A stretch of 64,000 nt of DNA, taken from assembly GCA_964566945.1 (NCBI GenBank), contig CAZMKE010000008.1:81222-145221 (forward strand), given 5' to 3'. The position numbers and the translations under genes are program-made. This document shows, piece by piece, positions 8,472-15,742 of the stretch. The notes beneath the pieces are model-generated. The model made no database searches, was not told where the DNA came from, and saw only the letters and a list, made by a program, of their open reading frames with translations. Every line of letters starts with the position of its first letter. Position 1 is the stretch's first letter. Source of the stretch: an uncultured Verrucomicrobiota bacterium (GTDB lineage: Bacteria; Verrucomicrobiota; Verrucomicrobiia; Limisphaerales; SXQI01).

Positions 8472-9851
8472 TCAAGCGGTGAGGGCGCGACGGGAATTCT
8501 CGATGGCTCCCATCCAGCCGAAATGGGGGCGGAAGGCGAGCAGATCATCCATCTGATCGATCTTGCCCTGCCACGAGGGGCGGTTGGAGATCACCTGAAT
8601 ATCCTCCGGTCGAAAATCGACGAAGCTGGACTGAGCCATCGCGAAACAGCCCTGGAGCATGCGAATGCGCCGCCAGTCAAAGCCCATGACCGTGGCCGCG
8701 ACCAGATCCACCGCAGCAGGATGCGTCCCGGCGATGATCACGCCGGACGGGACCGGATCGGGCGCCATCGGCCCATTGCCTTCGCCGCCGATAATTCCGT
8801 CCACCACCGCCAGATAGCGCAAGGGACGGGTCCGCCGGACGCCATCGCCTCCGTAAAAGAAAAGGCACTTGTTGAGGTCGAGCACCATGCGCCAGCAAGT
8901 ATCGTTGCCGTGCCAGTTGCCGGAGCGGACGACCTTCTGCGTGTCGCCAAAGTAAATTCGCCCCATTTTTTTCAACGGAACAAAAAGCCGCGAGAGGCCG
9001 GGGCTGTTCCGAAGCAGGCGTTTGGCCGCGCCCATCCAGGAACGTTCGAGGCGGGCTTTGGCGGTGGCCTGGGGAAACTGGTCGCCGCCATCGGCCGGGG
9101 TGCCTTCGGTGTGGTGAGGCAGCCAGTTCTTGTTGGCATTGATGCCCACCAGATTCTTGAGGGCGCAGGTGATCCCCACCTTTTTGTGCGTTTTGAGCTT
9201 GGGGATATTGATGAACACGTCGGCGTCCATCGGGGTGCGGCAAAGCATGTATTCGTGGCGCGAACCGCGATGATGCTCGTTGGTCTCGGCCATGTTGAAA
9301 GAGGCGCCATAGAGCCGTCCCTGGCCGGAGAATTCGACAAACTCGCTGGCCCCGTCCAAGCGCACGCAGGTGCTGCCCAGCGGGTCGCCCGGCTGAGCGG
9401 TCTTGGAGACGACGACGCCATCCACCGCGTGCCACTCCTCGGGGCGCAAATCGATGATCTCGATGCGCACGCCCGGAAAGCGGGCGCGCAGCCGGCCGAG
9501 CATCGCATCGAAACCGCAATACTCGGAAAGCTTGCGGAAGGAGGAATCGGTCTGGGGAGCGTCGCAAATCAAAATCTGCCCCCGGCCGCGCAACCGTTCC
9601 GCGGCCCAAGCCGCGACGGCCTCGATCACCGAAGGATGAGTGACCACATGCTCCCATTGGCCCGGACCCGGCCTGCGCTCGTCATGTTCCTTGACCCAAT
9701 TGGGCTTCAGAACCACGCGCTCGCCGGGGCTAATAAAGCCGGGCGCGAGGTCCAGAGCGTCGAGGGCCTCCCGGACGGCGCGTTGAACGGACGGTCCATC
9801 CTGGTAAATGGGCGCGCTCGCGATGACAGCCACCTTGGGGTCAGCTCCCAT
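8472..9851 (-). CDS. DUF362 domain-containing protein
   Basis: The N-terminal block AVREALDALDLAPGFISPGERVVLKPNWV and the later KTHKKVGITCALKNLVG match the DUF362 pattern. The gene lies 6 nt downstream of the Wzy-like gene. Confidence 0.7.
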   Translation of the reverse strand: MGADPKVAVIASAPIYQDGPSVQRAVREALDALDLAPGFISPGERVVLKPNWVKEHDERRPGPGQWEHVVTHPSVIEAVAAWAAERLRGRGQILICDAPQTDSSFRKLSEYCGFDAMLGRLRARFPGVRIEIIDLRPEEWHAVDGVVVSKTAQPGDPLGSTCVRLDGASEFVEFSGQGRLYGASFNMAETNEHHRGSRHEYMLCRTPMDADVFINIPKLKTHKKVGITCALKNLVGINANKNWLPHHTEGTPADGGDQFPQATAKARLERSWMGAAKRLLRNSPGLSRLFVPLKKMGRIYFGDTQKVVRSGNWHGNDTCWRMVLDLNKCLFFYGGDGVRRTRPLRYLAVVDGIIGGEGNGPMAPDPVPSGVIIAGTHPAAVDLVAATVMGFDWRRIRMLQGCFAMAQSSFVDFRPEDIQVISNRPSWQGKIDQMDDLLAFRPHFGWMGAIENSRRALTA

Positions 9852-9857
9852 AGGGCA

Positions 9858-11438
9858 TTACCAGCTCTGCGCGCGGCGGGCAAAGGCCGGCTGCCAGGCC
9901 GGTTCAGGGCTGGCCTGCGGCGTCTCGGAGGGTTCCGGCGCTGTCTTGACGAACTTCGCCAAAGGCGCGGCGGCCGGCACCCGAGCCAGGCCGCGATTCA
10001 GAGAAACACTCAACGCCACGATGCCGGTGAACATGGAGAGATCCATATAAAAGGCCCCGAAAACGAAAAGGAAGAAGACCAACCGGGAAAGAAACACCGT
10101 AAGCAAAAAGGTATTCACGGCCTGCATCGCTTCCTCGCCGTAGCGGTAATTGCGCCAAAGCAAACGGATGGCAGAGGCGCAAAACCAGATGAAAGCCATC
10201 ACCCCCCAGATGCCGAACGGGATGATCAGAGTGAGCGGGCCGTTGTGGTAATCCCCGGCGACCAGAGCGGTTTCATATGGCGCTTGCTGCCGGAGCGAAA
10301 TGTTCTGCTGGGCAAAATACAGGTCTTTGGGATCGATCGCGTAGCCCTTCCCAACGAGAAGGTACTGGGGGATATCCGACGTCACCACCCGCCACATTTC
10401 CAAGCGCCAGTCGGTCGAACCGCGGGCCGCCTCGATCGCGCCTTGATCGAGGTCCAGAGGGAGAAGGGTCAGGCAGCGCTGAGCGGAAATGGGCAGCTTT
10501 TTTGCGAACGGAATGAGAAAACCAATGCACAACGAGAGGATCACGCCATAGGCCATGAGATGCTTGGTCTTGTAGAGGCCCTCGAAGATGATCTGAAAGG
10601 CGCACATGAACAAAACCAGGAGCAGCGTAGCGCGGAAGCCGGACATCAAAGAGGCCGCGATGGCCAAGACGAAGAGCAGGCTGCGGTGAGGATAACGGAT
10701 CTTGAAAGTGCCGCGCAGCCCCCAGCGCAGCAGAACAAAGGACATGAGCGCGCAACTGACCGGGGCCAAGCCGCCCAACCGGCTGTAACTGCCCAAGCCA
10801 TATTCCGAGGCGGCCTGCGTGATGGCCCATTCCACGGGAAAAAGGAGAAAGAGGAAATAGAACTTCTCACCCAACATGAAGGCTACGTTGCTGAACGCGG
10901 CCGTGACGCTGGAAAGGAAGAACAGGCCGGCGAGGAGCGTGCGATTCTTCTCGGCAATCGGCACATTGCTCAAAACGAAGTAGCCGAGAATGGCCAGCCA
11001 GAGAAAGAAGTAGCGCTTGCCCCCGTAAATGTCCGAACCCATAGCCTGGGAACCCACACCACCGGTCAGCTTGGAAGTGGCGTAACTGATGACAAAAATC
11101 AGGATAAGCGGCCAGGTAATGCTGGGGACGTTGAGGAACTGGATTTTGCCGCGGTTCAGCGTCCGGGTCAGAATGAGGAAGAAACAACTGACCAAGGTCA
11201 TGGGCATCCAGACGTACGGCTGGCCGGGTAGAAAGAAGGCGTTGACGTAGGCGTTCCAACTGAGGAGCAAAAGGGTGTGATGATTCGTGATGAGAATCGG
11301 ACTGAGCAAGAGCAGGAAGCACCCGGCAACGATGAACATCGTTGTCTTATCGAGCGGGGTTGCCAAAATGACACCCAGCACGATCGCCAGGGGAACACAA
11401 AAGACAAAGATCAGGATCGATTTCGGCAACGACTGCAT
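9858..11438 (-). CDS. O-antigen ligase/polymerase-like (Wzy_C family) polytopic membrane protein
   Basis: It has about 11 TM helices and a loop reading STDWRLEMWRVVTSDIPQYLLVGKGYAI, typical of O-antigen ligase-like proteins. I chose the ATG at 11438 (MQSLPKSILIFVF). The 170-codon upstream extension in the track overlaps the divergent GT4 gene. Confidence 0.7.
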   Translation of the reverse strand: MQSLPKSILIFVFCVPLAIVLGVILATPLDKTTMFIVAGCFLLLLSPILITNHHTLLLLSWNAYVNAFFLPGQPYVWMPMTLVSCFFLILTRTLNRGKIQFLNVPSITWPLILIFVISYATSKLTGGVGSQAMGSDIYGGKRYFFLWLAILGYFVLSNVPIAEKNRTLLAGLFFLSSVTAAFSNVAFMLGEKFYFLFLLFPVEWAITQAASEYGLGSYSRLGGLAPVSCALMSFVLLRWGLRGTFKIRYPHRSLLFVLAIAASLMSGFRATLLLVLFMCAFQIIFEGLYKTKHLMAYGVILSLCIGFLIPFAKKLPISAQRCLTLLPLDLDQGAIEAARGSTDWRLEMWRVVTSDIPQYLLVGKGYAIDPKDLYFAQQNISLRQQAPYETALVAGDYHNGPLTLIIPFGIWGVMAFIWFCASAIRLLWRNYRYGEEAMQAVNTFLLTVFLSRLVFFLFVFGAFYMDLSMFTGIVALSVSLNRGLARVPAAAPLAKFVKTAPEPSETPQASPEPAWQPAFARRAQSW

Positions 11439-11705
11439 ACAATTACGAGACCTGCAATTTATACACCGGGACGGGTGTTCTACAACCCCAATTAAAGCCC
11501 AAAATGCCCTCGATTCGCCCGTGCTCGAGCCTGAATCAGCCCGGGAGGGCGTCAAAATGACCCGCCCACAACCAAGGGGCAAGTCCCGGGCAGACCTTGT
11601 CAAATACCCGGGTGAAATGCATGGTTGCCCCGGATGGCTGGCCAGGGGTCGGGAAAGCGAAGGAAGGAACCGCCAGCGAAGAACAGGAACGAAAACTGTT
11701 AACGG

Positions 11706-12992
11706 ATGCGCATCGTTCAAATAACTCCCGGTGCCGGAGGCATGTACTGCGGCAATTGCTTCCGTGACAATGCCCTGGTGGCTGGCTTGCGGCGGGAGGG
11801 GCACGATGTGCTGATGATCCCGCTCTACCTGCCGATGACGCTGGACGAAGAGGATCAGGCGAGCGGCATTCCGATCTTTTTTAGCGGGATCAACGTTTAC
11901 CTGGAGCAGAAACTGCCGCTGCTGGGCAAGATGCCCGAATGGCTGCACAAGCAGCTGGCCTCCCCGGCTTTACTGAAGTGGGCGGCCCGCCGGGCGGCCA
12001 AAACGCGAGCAGCGGAATTGGGAGAGCTGACCCTCTCCATGATCAAAGGGGAAGAAGGAAGGCAACTGCGGGAGATCGACGAGCTGAGTTCCTACCTGAA
12101 AAGTCATCAACAGCCGCAGATCATCTCCCTCTCCAACGTCCTGCTGGCTGGCATGGCGCGGAAGCTGAAACGGGATTTAAACGCCCCGATTGTCTGCATG
12201 CTGCAGGGGGAGGATTCGTTCCTGGACGCCCTGCCGGAGTCGCATCGGCAATTGACCTGGAACACGCTCTCGGAACGCTGCCGGGATGTGGACCTATTCA
12301 TCGCCCCGTCCCGTTATTTTGCGGATCTGATGAGGCAGAGGCTGGGCCTGCCCCCCGGCAAAGTGCGAGTGATTTACAATGGGCTGAGCCTGGAAGGCTG
12401 GAGCGCTCCAGCAACGCCGCCGGACCCGCCTGTGCTGGGCTATTTTGCGCGGATGTGCAAAGAAAAAGGGCTGCACACCCTGGTGAACGCGTTCATCCAG
12501 TTGAAAAAGCGGGATCGCATTCCCCGGCTGAAATTACATATTGGCGGCTCGCTCGGACCAAGCGACGAGGCTTTCGTGAACGATCTGAAGCTGCAACTGC
12601 AAGGGGCGGGTTTCCTCGGAGATGTGACCTTTTTCTCCAACGTGACCAAAGAGCAGAAGCAACAGTTCTTCCAGCGGATCTCGGTGATGTCGGTGCCCGC
12701 GCTCTATGGGGAGGCGTTCGGCCTGTATCTGCTCGAGGCGTGGGCCACGGGGGTGCCTGTGGTGCAGCCGCCGGTCGCCTCCTTCCCGGAACTGATCGAA
12801 GCCACAGGCGGCGGCGTCACCGCGGCCGGAACCGATCCGGAATCCCTGGCCAACGGGATTGAATCGCTGCTGCTGGATGAAAACCGCCGTCGAAGCGCGG
12901 GAAACGCCGCACTGAAAGCGGTGCAGGAACGGTTCACGCTCCGGCAAATGACGCTGAACATGCTGGAGGCTTTCCGCACGCTGGCGTCGTAA
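11706..12992 (+). CDS. glycosyltransferase family 4 (GT-B, group 1)
   Basis: The N-terminus is MRIVQITPGAGGMYCGNCFRDNALV. The C-terminal half has the GT1 motif MSVPALYGEAFGLYLLEAWATGVPVV (the E-x7-E region). Confidence 0.85.
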   Translation: MRIVQITPGAGGMYCGNCFRDNALVAGLRREGHDVLMIPLYLPMTLDEEDQASGIPIFFSGINVYLEQKLPLLGKMPEWLHKQLASPALLKWAARRAAKTRAAELGELTLSMIKGEEGRQLREIDELSSYLKSHQQPQIISLSNVLLAGMARKLKRDLNAPIVCMLQGEDSFLDALPESHRQLTWNTLSERCRDVDLFIAPSRYFADLMRQRLGLPPGKVRVIYNGLSLEGWSAPATPPDPPVLGYFARMCKEKGLHTLVNAFIQLKKRDRIPRLKLHIGGSLGPSDEAFVNDLKLQLQGAGFLGDVTFFSNVTKEQKQQFFQRISVMSVPALYGEAFGLYLLEAWATGVPVVQPPVASFPELIEATGGGVTAAGTDPESLANGIESLLLDENRRRSAGNAALKAVQERFTLRQMTLNMLEAFRTLAS

Positions 12993-13034
12993 AAGCCTTG
13001 ACCCTTTCGCCGGCTGAACAAAGCTGAAGCGCCC

Positions 13035-13490
13035 ATGGCCTACGAATTCAAAGCAACCCGGCGGGTGGAGTTCTCGGAAACCGATATGGCGGGAATTGTC
13101 CACTTCTCCAATTTCTTCCGCTACATGGAAACGGCGGAACACGGGTTTTATCGCTCGCTCGGCTTTTCGGTCATTCTGGATCAATTCGATCCGCCGCTCG
13201 GCTTTCCGCGGGTGCACGCCTCGTGCGACTACAAGAAGCCACTGCGTTTCGAGGATCTCCTGGAAATTCACATCCTGGTGAAAGAAAAGCGGTCGCGGGT
13301 GCTCAGCTACCTTTTCCGGTTCAGCAAACTGCCAAAGGAAGAAGGCGGGAAGCCGGTGCTGGTGGCCACCGGACTGTTGACCGTGGTCTGTGTGACGCAC
13401 GGCCCCGGAAAAATGGAAGCCGTGCCGATCCCGGAAGAGCTGGCTTCGCGAATTGAGGCAGCGCCGCCCGAACTGCTGGTGACTCAGTAA
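13035..13490 (+). CDS. acyl-CoA thioesterase, hotdog fold (YbgC/4HBT family)
   Basis: The block RVEFSETDMAGIVHFSNFFRYMETAEHGF matches the 4HBT catalytic region. Confidence 0.8.
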   Translation: MAYEFKATRRVEFSETDMAGIVHFSNFFRYMETAEHGFYRSLGFSVILDQFDPPLGFPRVHASCDYKKPLRFEDLLEIHILVKEKRSRVLSYLFRFSKLPKEEGGKPVLVATGLLTVVCVTHGPGKMEAVPIPEELASRIEAAPPELLVTQ

Positions 13491-13951
13491 GCGGGGCGGG
13501 GCAGCGTCCGCCAGGAAAGAACGCGGCCGTCCTTGAGCAAAATCTCCGCCCGCACGTAATCGCGCGGCTGGTAGTCACTGACGAGATAACGCTCAAGATA
13601 AAGATCGGACCCGCCGCGCCGAGTCTCGCGATAAGCCCAATAGCGGGATTCCTGCATCCAACTGCCGTAGAAACGCCAGGTGGTGATGTGGCCCGATTGA
13701 TCTTCGCTTTCGAGCACCTCCGCCGGTTTGCCCCAGGCGATGTAAACCGCGTCCGCGCTCATGCCGACCTTGATCTGGCCTTGATCCACCAACTGCTTCT
13801 CCTCGGGGGCGAGCCGGGCGTAAGCGTCCGGCTTTTCCGCGCGGCGGGTTTCGATGGTGGAAGTGGCCGCGCAGCCGAACAGAAAGCACGCCAGGCCGAG
13901 ACCGCAAACCCTCAACACAAGCATGTTAAAAGACCTTTTCACAATCATCAC
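13484..13951 (-). CDS. hypothetical lipoprotein
   Basis: It has the lipobox LACFLFGCAAT. The start may be 13951 or 13924. Its 3' end overlaps the convergent thioesterase gene by 7 nt. Confidence 0.55.
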   Translation of the reverse strand: MMIVKRSFNMLVLRVCGLGLACFLFGCAATSTIETRRAEKPDAYARLAPEEKQLVDQGQIKVGMSADAVYIAWGKPAEVLESEDQSGHITTWRFYGSWMQESRYWAYRETRRGGSDLYLERYLVSDYQPRDYVRAEILLKDGRVLSWRTLPRPAY

Positions 13952-15228
13952 TGACCGGGAACCGCCCCCGGAGGGAAAGGCGGAAGCGCTCCCGGCCCGC
14001 CGGGAACCGGCGCCGGCTTCGGAACCGCGAGCGGCTCCGCCAGCGTATTCGCGAGGATCTTATCGATCGAATTGCGCTGCTGCTGCTGGATCGTGACCAG
14101 AGCGATCCGGCGCTGGTCTTCGGAGATGCTGGCATCCGCCTGCACCCGGGCGATCTCTTCCTGCACCGCCTGGTTAATCCGGTAGATCGGCAAAACCTTG
14201 TCCGCGGGAGCGCCGCTCTGCTGCGCCTGCTCCTGGGCCTGGCGGAAGAGCGGATTCTGAGTCGCCTGGTAAAGGGCAAACCGTTCGGGCCCGATCTCCT
14301 GGCGCAAAGACTCATCGCGCAGGCGTTCCAGTTCGGTGCGCCGACGCTGGGCGCTGGCATCGTTGCCGGTGAGGGCAGCGACCTGCTGATCATAGGAATC
14401 ACGCAGGCGGAAAATGCGGCGAAACTCATCCGCGTTGGCCCCGAAACCGCGCAACTGATCGCGCATCTGATCGGCCGTCTGCGAATAGCGCAAAAGATAT
14501 TCCTCCAACTGTTCCCCGCTCAACACCCCGGCCAGTTGCCTACGGGTTTCCTGCTGCAACGCAGTCAACTCCAGGACCGTGGGCTCGCGATTTTCCTGGC
14601 GCGCGCGGCGGACGATTTCTTCACGCGCCAGCGCAGCGCGTTGCTCGATCTGACGGACGCCGGATTTGGCCTCGGCGGATAGCTTGCCCAGAATCGGGCC
14701 ATCAAATCGCAGGGCATCGCTATAAAGGCCCTGGCGGGATTCAAGCCCGGCGATGCCGGCCACGCTGCTGCCGCTCTTCGCCCAATCGGGGCCAAGCAAC
14801 TCGGTGAGCAGGCGGTTCTTCTCCGCTTCCAAAGCGCGGACCTGAGCCATTCCAGACTCAAACGCGTCCATGTCCGGCTCGGGCAGCCACCATTTTTGCT
14901 CTGGAAAAACGATTTCGCGAGCAATCCGCTCCGCGTAGAGGTCGTTCACATCGGCGACGATGATGTCCCGGATGGTTTTTTCCGGGCAGCCGATGCGGCG
15001 GAGATTGCTGATGTAGACATGATAATCCGGGGTCTCGATCTCGCTCCAGGCGAAGGGCTGCCGCCGGACGACGACATTGGTTTTGATCTGCCGGGGAAGA
15101 TCGTTGGTTTGAAGATCGGCGCGAGCGGGAGGAGGCGCCTGCACCGAACCGTGAGCCAACCGGAAGACCGCAATCCCCAGCAAGACGTTCAGCCCGAGGC
15201 AAAACCAAAGCAGCGCTCGCGCTCGCAT
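13948..15228 (-). CDS. membrane-anchored hypothetical protein, Arg/Glu/Gln-rich helical
   Basis: It has an N-terminal TM helix, MRARALLWFCLGLNVLLGIAVF. A 4-nt ATGA-type overlap links it to the downstream lipoprotein gene. I recognise no family. Confidence 0.55.
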   Translation of the reverse strand: MRARALLWFCLGLNVLLGIAVFRLAHGSVQAPPPARADLQTNDLPRQIKTNVVVRRQPFAWSEIETPDYHVYISNLRRIGCPEKTIRDIIVADVNDLYAERIAREIVFPEQKWWLPEPDMDAFESGMAQVRALEAEKNRLLTELLGPDWAKSGSSVAGIAGLESRQGLYSDALRFDGPILGKLSAEAKSGVRQIEQRAALAREEIVRRARQENREPTVLELTALQQETRRQLAGVLSGEQLEEYLLRYSQTADQMRDQLRGFGANADEFRRIFRLRDSYDQQVAALTGNDASAQRRRTELERLRDESLRQEIGPERFALYQATQNPLFRQAQEQAQQSGAPADKVLPIYRINQAVQEEIARVQADASISEDQRRIALVTIQQQQRNSIDKILANTLAEPLAVPKPAPVPGGPGALPPFPPGAVPGQ

Positions 15229-15306
15229 AGGTTATACTTAGCGGAGTTCCGGTTGGGAAGCAATCCGCCTCTGAGAGCCGAAACAAAAACCCGGGCCAGG
15301 GCGTGG

Positions 15307-15588
15307 TCAGTGCTTCAGCTGGTCGATCTCGCGCTGGCGAATGACGCCCGAATAGGACCCATCCTGGTCGCGCTGCACCTGAAGGAAATAGCCGCGCTGC
15401 TGGAGCAAGTCGTAGAGCTGCCACGGATTGGCATCGATGCGGAGTTGCAGGCCCGCCCCTTTGGGCAGTTCGCTGACTCGTTTCAACACTTTCAGGACAT
15501 TGTCCGGCGGCTGGATTCCTCTGACGTCGAGAAGGTCGCTGGTTTGGCTCTGATTCGGGGCCGGTTGCCCGGCGGAGGTTGCTTGCAT
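15307..15588 (-). CDS. DUF2249 domain-containing protein
   Basis: The 93-aa product from the ATG at 15588 reads LDVRGIQPPDNVLKVLKRVSELPKGAGLQLRIDANPWQLYDLLQQRGY, which matches the DUF2249 pattern. The longer track ORF has no supporting features. Confidence 0.65.
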   Translation of the reverse strand: MQATSAGQPAPNQSQTSDLLDVRGIQPPDNVLKVLKRVSELPKGAGLQLRIDANPWQLYDLLQQRGYFLQVQRDQDGSYSGVIRQREIDQLKH

Positions 15589-15742
15589 ATTCCTGCGCCA
15601 AAACTTGTATGAGTCCGCCTCAGGCGTGTAAACACTTTTCGTCCGTCTGATCCGTCGGCGGCCAACCTTTTCACGACAAACGGTGGACAAATGAAGAGAA
15701 AACCCGATTGGCAACCTGCGCCAACGCCAGTAGAAATTTCCC

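Noticed and set aside
7106-8482. A 458-aa plus-strand ORF opposite the CapK-like gene.
   Set aside because: It is an antisense shadow ORF. It has no recognisable domain, whereas the minus-strand frame carries clear adenylate-forming enzyme motifs.
8454-11231. A 925-aa ORF on the plus strand, the longest of several very long unannotated ORFs.
   Set aside because: It runs antisense across two well-supported minus-strand genes (DUF362 and Wzy-like) and crosses their intergenic gap. Its composition is Arg/Gly/Ala/His-rich with no motifs, which is the typical shadow frame of high-GC DNA.
11439-11948. A 170-codon 5' extension of the Wzy-like ORF.
   Set aside because: It overlaps the divergent GT4 gene start and its promoter region. 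The ATG at 11438 begins directly with a TM helix, as expected for this family.
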